64,000 bases of DNA from the human T2T-CHM13v2.0 reference genome, Homo sapiens: NCBI RefSeq assembly GCF_009914755.1, contig NC_060938.1. One strand, 5' to 3'. Of this stretch, positions 1 to 14,038 are shown in pieces. Position numbers and translations under genes: made by a program. Each line of letters opens with the position of its first letter. Position 1 is the first letter of the stretch. The notes beneath the pieces were generated by a model. It did no database searches. It was not told where the DNA came from and saw nothing but the letters and a program-made list of their open reading frames with translations.

Positions 1-194
1 TTAATTCCGCATGTAGAAAGTAATTAATACAATTGTGTTGAACTGAAAACAAATGGATATACCTCAACCACAGGATAAGGACTCTAGGATGAGGGATTCT
101 TCTAGAAGCACAAGAGAGGCAATTAGTTGAGCATGTAGTAAACTGACAGTATTTCCTACCCATAAAAGGTAATAAAGGCTAAAACTATATTAAT

Positions 195-400
195 CAGTTT
201 AAGAATAGCACAGCCATTGGAGCATCAGATGCGAAATAATTCTGAGCAAGATTTGAACCTCACTCTGCATGCCTACTTAGTAAGTGTGTGACTGACTGTG
301 GACATGTTATCTATCCCCTCTAGGATGTTCTCTCCTTGCATGTCAATGGGAGTAATTATACCTTCCTTAAAGATTGCTCTGAGAATTACGGTTGCCATTT
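195..400 (+). mobile_element. MIR SINE fragment
   Basis: Degenerate MIR core (gatttgaacctcactctgc...tacttagtaagtgtgtgac...aatgggagtaattataccttcc...gagaatta). Confidence 0.65.
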
Positions 401-714
401 ATTGTTTTGTGTGCTCAGTTCCTTGTTTCTTTTGGAGAATGACTCCTCCCTTCCATGTACAAATTTCCTTCCATGTAAAAGTGGAAGTTCTCACTCTTGT
501 GTCTCTTTACCAGGCTTAGTGGCCATTATCTTTAGACCAGAGATGAAAATATAACCCAAGCCTGGCCCCAGGACTTTCAAACCAGAAGAAAAAGTGCACG
601 TTTTGTAGCTGTCAGGACATTTCTCAGCACTATTATCAAGGGCTACAAAAAATGGACATTATTATTAGAACGGCTCATGGAATATAAAACAATAGCATTC
701 ACACATTTATGCAC

Positions 715-1230
<516 letters not shown>

Positions 1231-1244
1231 TGTACTTGCATATT

Positions 1245-1520
1245 ATTATTGCTATTAAACCCTTTCAGATAAGATGCATATATCATCCTTGTTTTCTCCT
1301 AAATACTTTAGTGTTTATTTCCCAAGAACAGAGACATTCTCTTACACAACTACAGTATAATATTTAACATTGATACAATGCCATTATCTAATACATAGTT
1401 TTTATTCAAATTTTACCAGCTGTACTAATAATATCTTTTATAGATTTTTAAAATCCAGAATCCAATGCAAGCTCAAACATTACATTTAATTGTGATGTGT
1501 TTTTAGTCTCCTTTGGAAAG
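1245..1520 (-). mobile_element. L1MC4/5-type LINE-1 3' fragment
   Basis: caagaacagagacattctcttac...aacattgatacaat...ttagtctccttt resembles the L1MC 3' UTR. Confidence 0.65.
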
Positions 1521-1988
1521 GGAATGCTTTAAAGTGGGTACATGTCTTAGACCCTAGGGCTAACTAACATGATGTCAGCTAATCTCTGGCTGTAGCCAAA
1601 GACCTCACACTCTCAACATGCTCCTATCTTTCCTTTTCTAAAGTGAGGGAAAATCTATAGCTTCCCTTAAATTCAGGGGCTCTCTGCTTCTTAATTGTTT
1701 CTTCCACTGAGTGAGGAGGTGGCCAAGTGATGAGGCAGCCTACTGAGATAACAGCTAGGATAGCTGGGAGACTGAGGACATTCAGGGGGATTAAACAGAC
1801 TAGTAAATACTGAGAACAATGGAACTAGGTTTTTACTGTCAGAGAAAGGTGTACAAATATGGAAAGGAAGAAAAACAGAATGAATTATTTAGGATCTTGG
1901 GAATTAGTTTCAAATTGAAGGTATTGATGTGAACCTCTCATGGCTCTAGATAGATAGACAGATATAATAGATAAATGTCAAAATTTTG

Positions 1989-2045
1989 GTGTGTGTGTGT
2001 GTATGTATGTATGTATGTATGTATGTATGTATGTATGTATGTATT
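1989..2045. repeat. (TG)n(TATG)n compound microsatellite
   Basis: gtgtgtgtgtgtgtatgtatgt... seen directly. Confidence 0.95.
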
Positions 2046-2568
2046 TTCCACTGTGACTGCTGCTAGATCTAGAAACAATTACCTCTTCATGGCAGTGAAC
2101 ACACCATGTTCCCAGATTATGGTCTCTAAATACCATTCTCCACTAAAAGGACTAAGGACTTCCCAGAGAAATAACTGATTCCAGGGCTGGACCTGGGAAA
2201 GTACAAGAAGAGCCTGGAGTAGCTATCTGTACCAGAAAGTAAGGAGGGGCTCAAATAATGTCAAAGGAACACAGAAGTTATCTTGAAAAGTCTCCCATTG
2301 CTAATCTGAGACATTTTAGATTAAAAATTAAACATTGAAGTAACTGTATACCACTCATTGAATTAAATAGGACACCATGAGTCCCCAAGGATATAAACAC
2401 ATGAGTAAATAAATAAGTAGAAGACAAAGCCCTTTCTTACAGCCAACTAATAAATATAAACAAAAGACACAAAACACCTTTTGACAGCCATTATAACAAT
2501 CATTGATTCAGGCAAGAATCATTCAATAGATGTTAAAACTAGCAAATAAACTAATAAGAAAAAGAATA

Positions 2569-2972
2569 TGTATTAGCCAGGGTTATCAAGAGAAGCAGAA
2601 CCAAGAGGATGCAGATATACATATACATATAGATATATATATCGAGATCATGGAAACCAAGAAATCCCACAATACACATCTACAAGCTGTCCCAGAGTGC
2701 CAAAGGCCTAAGAAGCAAGAGCAAGGGCAGTAGGGAATGGATGTCTCAGCTCAAGAAGAGAAAGAATCACCCTTCCTTTGCCTTTTTGTCCTATTCTAGC
2801 CTCCTGTGGATTGCAAGACACCTGCCCACATTGGGGAAGGTGGATCTTCTTTACTCAGTCTACTGATTCAAATGCTAATATCTTTTTGACAGACCCTCCC
2901 AGAAACAATGTTTTACCAGCTGTCAGAGCATCCTTAGCCCAGCCAAGGTGACACATAAAATTAACCATCACA
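2569..2972 (-). mobile_element. MLT2-family ERVL solo LTR
   Basis: TG..CA ends (tgtattagccaggg...aaaattaaccatcaca); 5-bp TSD GAATA/GGATA. Confidence 0.9.
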
Positions 2973-3674
2973 GGATAGCTACACTGTCTCAAAGAATAGC
3001 CCCACAAAATCCTTATTAAACATAAAGGGAAAAACAGGAATATTACAGTGGGGAGACCTTGCAGAAGCCACCTTCACCACGTTAATCATAGTTAACATCA
3101 CCAGTAAAGGAACAAAACAATATTGGGTGTTACCTGATTACGTGCTCTGAGAAAAACACAGTATCACTTCTACAGTATTTTTGCCAAAAATGTCAACATG
3201 AATTTAAGCATGAGGAAATATCAGATAATCCCAAGTTGAGGGTCTTTCTACAAAGTATCAAGTGTATACTCTGAAAAAAAGAGGTCAGGAAGACAATAAG
3301 ACTAAGAAACTCCAGCCTAAAGGAGACCAAAGTATCCAAAGTAAAATTTGTTATAAAGGATAGTAACAGAACAATAAGTAAAATTTGAATAAGAGGATTG
3401 TAATGTATATGTATTAATTTTTGGAATTTGTTGTCTGTACTATGGCTGGGAATTGGTGTCTTAATTTTTAGGAAATATGCATGGAAGTGTTTAGGATTAA
3501 TGAGGAATCATGCATGTAACTTATTCTCCACTGGTTCAGAAAAAAAGAAGTTGTGTGTTTAGAGAAAATGAGAGAGAGATTGACAAAGCAAGTGTTATGA
3601 AAGGTTAATGATAATCAGGCAATCTGAATACATTTTTATAAGATTAATATTGCAAACCTTTTATAAAGTTTTAA

Positions 3675-4013
<339 letters not shown>

Positions 4014-4430
4014 TGAAACTTTGAAGTTAGTACTAAATTTAAGATGGTGGCTTTTCTGAGATATTTTTTCTGAGATAAGGTTACTCAATGAAAGACTTCA
4101 TGATTCTTACTACAGGCATCACATTTCCATCTGAATTATATAAAAGGTTTAGAATATCTCAAGCAAATACATTATTATAATAACATAAAATAAAAAGAAA
4201 GGCAAACAACATATTTCCTTTTAAGGTTTCTTTATTTAAAGACGTGTGTTAGAAAAAATATTCTAAAAGACAATGCAAGAGATGTTAGTGTATTAAAATG
4301 GTCATTTCTTTCTAGTCATCCAAAATATTTTTAAGTGTGACAATTTTTTAGCCTCTCCTTTCCAGAGCTTGCCAATGGACAAAATCCATTTGGGAACCCT
4401 AGGAAGGAAGATATCTCCTCCAAATAAAGC

Positions 4431-4649
4431 AAAGGTTTCTCAGCCTCAGCACTGCTGACATTTTGGACTGGAAAATCCTTTGTTGTGGGTTCCTGTCTCA
4501 TGCATTGTAGAATGTGTGGCAGCATCCCCAGCCTTTACCCATTACATGCCAGTAGCATCCATTCAGTAATGACCATCAAAAATACCTCTACACATTGCAA
4601 ATGTTTAGGATTTGGAGAGGTCAAAACCATCCTGGGGTAAGAACCACTG
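4431..4649 (-). mobile_element. MER20 (hAT-Charlie DNA transposon)
   Basis: ggtttctcagcctcagcactgctgacattttgg...gcattgtagaatg...gaaccactg matches the MER20 reverse complement. Confidence 0.9.
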
Positions 4650-4991
4650 GAATAAACCAGCACATTTTTGTCCAATGTGTGGGAAGTAACCCACTCCCCA
4701 CCTCACCCTCCCTTAGGTGGTTTGTGCATTCTCACATTCTGAAATGCTCTGTCATGTGTTGCTAGAATATTTTGGATGTAACGTAGAAAAAACATTTAAC
4801 ACAGAGAAAGAAAAAGTAGGAGATTCTGGCAGAGTTTCAGTTGAAGTTACTGCTAATAGTGACTTTTCATCAGAGGTCAAACTGTGAGATAACAAAAATG
4901 CCATAAATAATAATACCTACCTGTGTTTGCAAAGCATTAGACATCTTTAAAAGTGGTTTCTTCTACACTGCTGCCTTGAATCATCTTAGTA

Positions 4992-5426
4992 TCATTGACT
5001 CTTGAAAACACGGGTCTGAACTGCGTCACTGATACGTGGATTTTCTTTCACCTCTTCCACCCCAAGACTGAAAGACCAACCCCTCCTCTTACACCTCCTC
5101 CCTTGCCTACTCAACATGAAGATGACAAGAATGAAGAACTTTATCATGGTCCACTCTCACTTAATGAATAGTAAATATATTTTCTCTTCCCTATGATGTT
5201 CTTAATAATATTTTTTCTCTAGCTTACTTTATCGTAAAAATAAGGTAATGTATGTAAGTAGTACACATAACATACAAAATATGTGTTAATTGATGTTATC
5301 AGTAAGGTTTCCTGTCAACAGTAGGCTATTAGTGGTTAAGTTTTGGGGGACTTAAAAGTTATAAGCAGATTTTTGACTGAGCTGGGCTTGGCATCTCTAA
5401 CCCCACCATTGTTCAAGAGTCAACTG
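4992..5426 (+). mobile_element. Tigger2a/MER28 (TcMar-Tigger) inside a MIR remnant (~4900-5570)
   Basis: TIRs ttgactcttgaa...ttcaagagtcaactg followed by TA; internal aagaccaacccctcctctt...ttaatgaatagtaaatatattttctcttcc. Confidence 0.9.
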
Positions 5427-6599
5427 TAATCTTATGAAAGAGGCTATTATCTCCCCTCTTTTACTGTGGAAGAGAGTAAGTCTACCCCCAATTTTAAATC
5501 ATGTGGCAAACAAGAAACAAAACAAGCACTTGATTCAGATCTTTGACTCCAAGTTCAGTGCACTTTCCACAATGCTGAGCTGTCATGAGAGCCCAATGTG
5601 GATTTTTTTTGTAGTAGGCAAAGAAAACCCTAAGCCAGTTTACTGAATTGGTCTTGACCGAAAGCCAGGAAGTTCATGCTCTAGGACACTAGCAATGCAG
5701 TCTGATTACTTCCCTCATTGGAAAAAGGTGACCAGATCAAAAAGAGGTGACCTTAAGGGAAGGACTGCTTTCCCCACTACTCCGAGAGATCATAGCCTCA
5801 TACTTTAATGGAAATCTTTCCTTCCATCCCCACCCCTCCATACACAGATTGCAGTATCCCTTTTAGTCCTCATATCCAACTCTGTTTTGACTTCTCATTT
5901 TATCAAAAAAGCTTATTGTTGGGGGGAAAAAAACTTGACTTTTAAGACAATGAATGTCAATAGCAAGGATTAAATTATGTGTTGTCACCTCCTTTATGAT
6001 TTTTTTTCCTTGCCTTTGGTTTACCTTGTTAGATTTGTCAAGACTGCCCTATAAAAATAACTTGTCAGCACTTGAGTTTGTGTGATGCTAAACTTACACC
6101 GTTAGCTCTCTGGTTACCAGTAATAACGGGAAAGGATACATGCATATACGTGTGCATGTTTTGAGTTTGCTGAAGTGTGACAGAGGTTCTGTAATGCTTG
6201 GACGGGAGCCTTGTTCCTGTCTGCATGGTTTATTCCTGCTTTTCAGTGGTATTTAGAAGGTCTGTTTGGCTAACGGTTTTATCCTCATGCAGTGGTATTT
6301 GAGCCTGCCTGGCTGAGCTATCACCGCCTGTCAAACCTCCTACCTCACTCCCTTTACCCCTAGATAAATCAAATGATGTGATAAGCAAACGGAGTGTTAA
6401 CCTAGTCTCCAGCCCACAAATGTCCTTATGAAAAATGGCAGGCAGGTTTCTCCAATTTAGACAATAGGGTGAGTGCAGTAAGAATGGATTTACCACCAAC
6501 ACATAGAATTTGAGAATGCTAAATGACCATCAAATTCTCATCCTGGAGGAATTTTAGATTTTTTTTTTCTTTTTCATTCTTGGAAGAGTACTTAGTGGG

Positions 6600-7490
6600 C
6601 TAAAAGAAACCCATTTATAAAATGGGACACAATTCAATAGTGACTCAAAGCAAGCTTGGTCAATATAATATAGAGAAGAACTGGCTAGAACAAATTATAA
6701 CCTAAAAGGAGATGAGATTTATTGTGAAACACAGATCACTAAGTCAGCAACATAGCACTGTGAAGAAGAAAAACATCTACTATGATCTTCTTCTAAATAA
6801 TTAGGAATATAATTATCCACTACTGTGTTACAAATGCAATAACAAGCTATCCTTACTACCTATCACATTCTTCTCCCTCCTTTTCTGATAAGAGACACTT
6901 TCCAAATGGAAGACCCTGTGATACAACCCTGGCCATATCCTTAGCTAAAGTGATTGGTTCAAGTGTGAACACTTGACTCAAGCTCAGCCAATGAGAGTTC
7001 TTCCTGCAAGTTATTTAAACTAAATCTAATGAGAAAGGCTCCTCAACTCATTAGAGCTAGAAACAAGGAGACCCGGAGTCATTAACAAAAGTATTTTTCA
7101 TGTGGGCAAAACTTAGCAGCAATTTGCCACAGTCTTCCTTTGATTCTATGAATTTCTTTAATATCTTTCTAACAAATCTTCTAATGATCTGTTTTGTCTA
7201 AGTTAGTCTAAAGCTGATTTTGTCATGTGCTTCCAAAAGAGAGCTGACCCTGAAAATAATACTCTTGCTACATTCAACTCTAGTGAGCCCTTTGTTGAAG
7301 TGTCTGAATGTCAGCGTTGCATCTATTATAAAATAGGGAACAATGGAGAGGGCTCAGAAAGGGATAGTGAATAGGAACATGCAGATGGACAGTCAGGCTG
7401 TAAGGCTATGACATCCTTCGATTTGTAAAACAGAGAACTGAAAGATATAGGTTATTTTCATATGACTTCAAAGATGCCGAAATACTGCTT
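6600..7490 (+). mobile_element. L3/CR1 LINE ORF2 remnant interrupted by MLT1
   Basis: Degenerate CR1-like segments (aagtcagcaacatag..., ctacattcaactctagtgagccc..., aatggagagggctcagaaagg) on both sides of the LTR. Confidence 0.5.
6824..7250 (+). mobile_element. Old MLT1 (K/L-like) MaLR LTR
   Basis: agtgattggttcaagtgtgaacacttgactcaagctcagccaatgagagt core; MLT1-like 3' end. Confidence 0.7.
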
Positions 7491-8439
7491 TCTTCATTAT
7501 AAATGTTTAGAGGGAGCAAGATTTTAAGAGCTAAATATTCTTCTATTTTTATAGATAAACCTACAGGGAGCAGGGTGGTCTAAAGCATGTCTTCAGATCG
7601 TTCAGTCATCATCTGAGTTGAGTGACCATCTAAGCTCCATGCCAGATCCTGTGCTAGGTACTGGTACACACAGAGATGAACATTGTTCCTGCCCTTGGGC
7701 TTCCAAAGCCTAGGGCCTTGAAGCTTGGAGCCATAAAATTAATCAGAAAATTATATTCATGATGAAGAAAGACAAAAAGATAATTTTAAAGAAAGACTGA
7801 AGAGATGAATAACTTTTACATAATGAAAAAACAAGAATCTACTGGAAGCTTCCTATGTGCCAGGCTCAGAGTTGTCAAAAAAAAATTGTAAACATTGACC
7901 AAAAAGGATAATTTCTAAGAAATTTAGATTAACCTGAAGTAGACACAGGAGCTGCAAAGCAAGAAATCAGAGGGCCCACAAACAGGTCAATAGGGGTACA
8001 TATGCATCTGGCAACAGCATGTTTCTGCCTCAGGCTGAATATATTTTAAAATATTATAAATATATATATAAAATATATTTGCACTAAAGCCAAGTAATTC
8101 CTGGGCTCATTGCTTGCTTCCTCGAAACCAACATAAGCATGACACTGTAAATGCCCTGGAGAAGTAAGTGGTCCTTGAAAGAGATCACAATATACATAGG
8201 AATCAAAGATACAAGCATCACAAGTCAATGAGGAAGAAACAGACTGGCCAACAAATGAACTGGGGATAATTGACTCCTTCAATTAAATGCTGAGGTTGTA
8301 ACACCCACTGGGAGACCTGTGTACACCGTCAAGTTAGAACTGAGTACCCTCACGTAACAGGGGTGCCCAAGACCACCATCATGTCGATGCCTGGCTATAA
8401 AAACAAAACTCTGTATAGCTGTTATACTTACAGTTACAG

Positions 8440-8750
8440 TTTACTACAGTGGAGGAATATAGACTAAAATCACAAAGGGAAAAGGTAAATAGAAATGGAG
8501 GAGAGGTCATCAGATGAAGAGAATGAAGAGTCGATTCTCTAAAACTTGAGAAAACAGAGCAATCTGAAGACAAAACAAAGCAAATATGCTTAAAATGATT
8601 GAAAAGATAAAGAGGGAGTAGAAGTAATAAAGAAAGAACTGAATCATATGGACATGAATTTTGAATGAAGTCAAAGACCAAAAATTAATTACTTTGGAAT
8701 TTTTAAAAAGTCAGAGGACAGGTTAAATAGCACTTCAGACAGCTGAACTG
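8440..8750 (+). mobile_element. Ancient L1 (L1ME/HAL1-like) ORF1 fragment
   Basis: A-rich, ending aggttaaatagcacttcagacagctgaa as in the L1 ORF1 coiled-coil region. Confidence 0.5.
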
Positions 8751-9463
8751 GACTGTGTACATTTTACTTTCAAAGATTTTTAAATCACAACTTGCTCTGC
8801 AAGCACAATCTTAGATGTATAATATTGCATTCACCTTTATTGAGCATTGACTTCTCAATTATTCAATTAATCTGCTTAGGTTGCAGTTTCTACCCTAGCT
8901 CTCTCTATTTACCTCATGGGCAGATAAGCTCTTGTAACAACTTCCTAGTTGCCTTCCTGATACAGTCTGAAAGGGGAGGAGCCAGGGATCAGTCCTAAAT
9001 GGTTAATTCCCAGCAGGACCCGAGAAGCAGGCAAGTGCAGAGGAAGGAGCCAGCTGGGAAAATGATGTAGCCTCCCGCCATTCCAGAGACACATCTGCCC
9101 CTCTAGAGTATTTGCTTTGAGTAACTGGCATTCCCAAAATGTCAGACTCCCTGGTATTCAGACATAAGTGCAAAAACACCTTCCCAAACTAGCCTTGATG
9201 TTTGGATTTTTTGCCCCGCTGCTCAGCCTCCACGTGTGCAAATCATTATGAGACGGCTGTCGTCTGAAAGCTGCCTTATCTCATTCCTCTGTTCAAAGGG
9301 CTGAGGCCAAGGTGCTTACATCCCAGTGGATGTTTTACCAAAGCGCTAACATTACACCAGGGAACAAAGCAGTCCTGAAAATTGCCCAAATTTTCAAAGC
9401 TCAAAACTAACCCATCCTGCCTGGGTATTTTTACACCCACCTAAATGTTAAACACTGGGCTAC

Positions 9464-9491
9464 AAAAAAAAAAAAAAAAAAAAAAAAAAAA
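9464..9491. repeat. Poly(A)28 tract
   Basis: Seen directly. Confidence 0.95.
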
Positions 9492-10208
9492 CCCGAAAAC
9501 CAAAAAGCTTGTGTCCCAGAAATTCGTTGCATTCAAAATTCCTACTTCCTACCCACTCCTCCTACCCTGACCACCATCACCAACCTCCCTCCTCCCCATC
9601 TTTCCCTCTGAAATAATTTCCATTTATATTAGCCTCCCCTAAGCCTTCTTTTTTAGGAGTACATAAATTTGGAAGCTTAACTAAATTGAATATGTCCCTT
9701 TCAATAAAGTCATCTCACCCTGTAAAAGTCAGCACAAAGTGACCCTCTAAGTCTAGCTGGGACCCTCTAAGCCCGGCTCTCACCCCTAGGGTTAAAGTGC
9801 CTGCTATTCAATCTGGGCTTCAGTGGAGGCTTCCCCCGGAAGGGGAGTTCTGGAAGGTATTTTGGCGTGCTACATGCAAACGCAGCAGCCAACGGATCTC
9901 ATTTCTAAATGTCAGCCTTAGTATAATCCTTCTGACCCATTCCAAAGCTTATAGGTCACAGAACATTTTATCTGGCAGTGACTTTTATATATATACACAT
10001 ATATTTTTTTTTCAGGTTTAAAGTGTTATCCATTTTCCCTTCCCTCCCCCTCTCAAGGAGACCGGGCTCCTCTATACACATAGTGAGCAAGGCATCAAGG
10101 AATTCAAGCAAATGATAAAAATATGTCTGTAGGGAAATAAATTTCTTTTTCTGAAATCAATCATGTGCTATTCACACAAGCAGAAGAAATAGCCTGAAAT
10201 ACCCCTTA

Positions 10209-10365
10209 TCTCACCGCCTCACTCCACTCAGGCGTCCTGTGCAAACACTTAAAGGCCAGAGGCTTTCTCTCCTGGTCTCCTCTCTCCCACAGCGGAAGGG
10301 AAGGGAGGCCGAGATATGTGGACAGACGGGCGGCGGGGCGTGATTAGCCTGAAATGATTGGCTGG
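10209..10365 (-). promoter_or_regulatory. Candidate TATA-less promoter (CCAAT + GC boxes) with first exon and splice donor
   Basis: Minus strand: AGCCAATCA (ATTGG 10357-10361), Sp/KLF boxes (10328-10342), local CpG enrichment, then GCG|GTGAGA donor (exon ends 10215). Confidence 0.6.
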
Positions 10366-10724
10366 CTGTCACAGAAATGGATAGCCAGGATGGGTCCATT
10401 ATCCTGCACAGATAGTGTGCATGGCAATCAGCACCGTGGGAAGAAGAGGCATCCTCTTTTCCACAGTTCAGAATAGGAATGGGAGTTTGTGTTATTCTCT
10501 CCTCCCCATATTACCTCATTTTGATTGTGATGCTCATGGCTTCTTGCTCTATGGAGAACAAGGGTATTGCCGGAAAAGATACTTTCGAAACCTATTAAAA
10601 TATGGAGGACAGTCACCTGGACAATCCATGGTTCTTAGTCATCTCGTGGACAGGGGAATCTTTGAATTTTTGTGTGTCCTCCCCAATGCCTTATTCAACA
10701 GGGCTACAAGCCAGGATGTCCAGG

Positions 10725-10880
10725 GGCAAACCTGCTCTTCCACTTACTAGCTCTGTGACCTTGGGGAAATCTCAGAGTCTCTTCAGCCTCTGAGATCATT
10801 CAGCATTGCTGTTTGGATTAAATGAATTTTACATGTCAGCACTTACCCCAGCGCTTAGAACATGGCGTAATAAGTATTAG
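10725..10880 (+). mobile_element. MIR fragment
   Basis: ccacttactagctctgtgaccttggggaaat. Confidence 0.75.
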
Positions 10881-11256
10881 AGGAGGAAAGAGATGGAATA
10901 TGACAATCCTTAGAGTTGCTTATGGAAACTATTTCCAACCACCAAACATTTAAAACATTGGGGTCACTTGGTGCCAATTTGTTCCTGTCTCTGAGAACCT
11001 CATATTTTAGATGCTGAAACTTGCTTTTATGATATCTTTGGATAAGAGTGAAAGGGACAAATGGGGAAGTGAAGGCTGAGTAAATTATTGCAGACTTAAG
11101 TTGGTCATACTATGGATGACCAAAGCTTCGAGGTTGCCACAAATGTTGAGATAACTTTTTATCTGAGATTGCATGGAAAAATATTTTTGAGCCTAATTGT
11201 ACACTTTTTCTTATGGCTATGATTTTTTTTATTTCTAAGAAATCAATATTTGCTTA

Positions 11257-11695
11257 TGTGAATGTTGGCAAAATCAAAACGGGGTCACTATTTAAAAAAT
11301 GACAAATAGTGATGGAGAAAGCCATCAAGAGAAAGGTCTCATACTTATATGCTAGATAGCAAAACTATCACAATAGAGTCTGCAAAAATCACAACTTTGC
11401 ACAAAGGCCATCACAACCTTACACATACAATACTTCCGCAAGGACACCTGCCCAGCAACTGCCTGTCCAGACTCAGACTGGTATCACCTTTGTTATTGAT
11501 CTTTGCAGCCACAGATAATTAGTGCAAAACAATTATGTAATTCTCATTTTTTCCTTTAAAAACCTCTGTCTTCCTTTATCTCCCTGAATATGAACATAAT
11601 TTACTACAGCACATGTATTCCCATTGCAATGCTCTACTCCCAAATAAATACCTTGTTCTTCTAGAGAGCCTCTCTGTTAGTTATTTAGGTTGACA
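11257..11695 (+). mobile_element. LTR37A-like ERV1 solo LTR
   Basis: tgtgaatgttgg...gcccagcaactgcctgtcca...aataaa...ttatttaggttgaca; near-TSD CTTA/TTTA. Confidence 0.85.
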
Positions 11696-11894
11696 TTTAA
11701 AAATAAAAGCGGAGGGGTAATGGAGAAACTGAACAAATTATGCCCTCAGCTGGACTCACAGAATGACTACTGATATTTTCATTTTTAATGTATTAAATTA
11801 GAGGTATTTAAAGCTGAAAAGAATAAAATAGAAAGATCCTAAAAAGAATACTACTCATTTTGCCTTGTATTATATAATCAATTAAAATTAAGGA

Positions 11895-12110
11895 TACTTG
11901 CTATTTATTGAGTGCCTATTATAAGCTGGGACTGTGCTAGGCATTTACTTATAATCTCAAATCCTCACATAACCCTACAAAGTAGGTACTATGTTTCCTA
12001 TGAGCTAGAGAAACTCAGAGAGGTTGCATGACTTTCTCAAAGCAACATAGCTGCTCAGTGACATAGCCAAGCTTTAAATCCAGGTCTATCATACCCTGAA
12101 TCCATTCCCT
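11895..12110 (-). mobile_element. MIR
   Basis: tatttattgagtgcctat...aatcctcacataaccctacaaagtagg...cagagaggtt. Confidence 0.85.
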
Positions 12111-12383
12111 CTCTCTCTGTTTCTGCTACCTTTCTGTACCTTAAGGAACAATCATTCAAGGCATTTTACAGAACTGGAGTAGAATTTTAATAGCATGCAG
12201 GCCCATACCTAATGCAAAACAAAACACTACAATGTTAGATGAAGAGAGATCTTAGCAAACCTTCACTCAAGCTCACAGGCTAGCATGACCAAATGCACTT
12301 GGATGCTTACATCTGAACCCAGAGAAATTAAGCTGCAGATTCAAACCACATACTTGCAAATCTGGATAAGAATGTGTAGGCCT

Positions 12384-12707
<324 letters not shown>

Positions 12708-13189
12708 CTAATCATCAGGTCTCCTTTCCCAGCCCTGCTTATCCATGGGTGAGATTGAGGGCAGGTGGAGACTCGGAATCTGAATGTACTTCCATTAGTT
12801 TGCTCTTCCCCAACTCTACATGCTATTATATCACATCCTATTCTAATTATCTCCTTCACTGTCTGAATAATCTTCCATTTGTTTCAAAAGACTATTTTTA
12901 TTAACCTTCCATCTATTTAATAGCTTTTTAATCCCTAGCCCCTTCAAGAGCCTTTTTACTTGCATGCTATCCTGCTTTCCTCTGAATTCGCTCCTTTCAG
13001 CCTCTTAGCTATCTCCAGATGCTGCTTGCTCCACAAACATTACAACTCGTGCCCTTCCCCTGCTCCAAAGCCCAGCAAACATTTTCTGGCAGAACTTCTC
13101 CACTAGCTAAGTGCCTCTATTTCTAATCAAATTCTTCCCCACTTTTTAAAGTGCATTTGTGCTATTGTTTACCGTATGGAGCCAGCAGA

Positions 13190-13370
13190 AAAACGCACCC
13201 AACACCTTTTAAGTCAGTACCATTACCACCATTTTGCATTGATGAGAAAACGGGTATTTGAGAGGCTGCATTAGCTTGTCCAATGTCACACAGCAGCTCA
13301 TAGAGTCTGAACTGGGGACTAAACTAGGATCTGTATGACTTGATAGCCAAGGTCTTCTGACTGTGCTGTG
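13190..13370 (-). mobile_element. MIR
   Basis: ccattttgcattgatgagaaaac...cttgtccaatgtcacacagc. Confidence 0.7.
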
Positions 13371-13414
13371 TTCAGTGAGCAGGGAAACAATGTCTGTCAA
13401 TCACTTGGAGTGAT

Positions 13415-14038
13415 TGCAACACTCTCACAATGGCCAAGATTTGGAAACAACCTAGGTATTCATCAGCAGATGACTAGATAAAGAAAATGTGGTACTTATA
13501 CACAATGGAGTATGATTTAGCCATAAAGATGAATGAGATCCTCTCATTTGCAACAACATGAATAAAACTGGAAGTCGTTATGTTTAGTGAAATAAGCCAG
13601 TCACAGAAAGACAAACTTGGCATGCTCTTACTTATTTGTGGGAGCTAAAAATTAAAATAATTGAACTCATGGAGATAGTAGAATGATGGTTACCAGAGTC
13701 TGGGAAGGGTAGTGGTGAGGTAGGAGGGAGCTAGGGATAGTTAATGAGTACAAAAAAAAAATAGGTAGAAAGAATGAATAAGACCTACTTAGTACTTGGT
13801 AGCAAAACAGGGTGCCTATAGTGAATAATAATTTATTATTTTAAATAACATGTTATTTTTAAATAAACATTTAAAAATAATTCTAAGAGTATAATTGGAT
13901 TGTTTACAACACAAGGATACATCTTTGAGGTGATGCACACTTCATTTACACTGGTGTGACTATTACACATTGTATACCTGTCTACCCCATAACTATATAA
14001 ACCTATTAAATATAGAAACCACAAAATGTTTTTAAGAA
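13415..14038 (+). mobile_element. L1MA2/3-type LINE-1 3' end
   Basis: ORF2 C-terminal block (gataaagaaaatgtggtac...tttgcaacaacatg) plus L1MA 3' UTR (gatggttaccagag, gtataattggattgttt). Confidence 0.9.
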
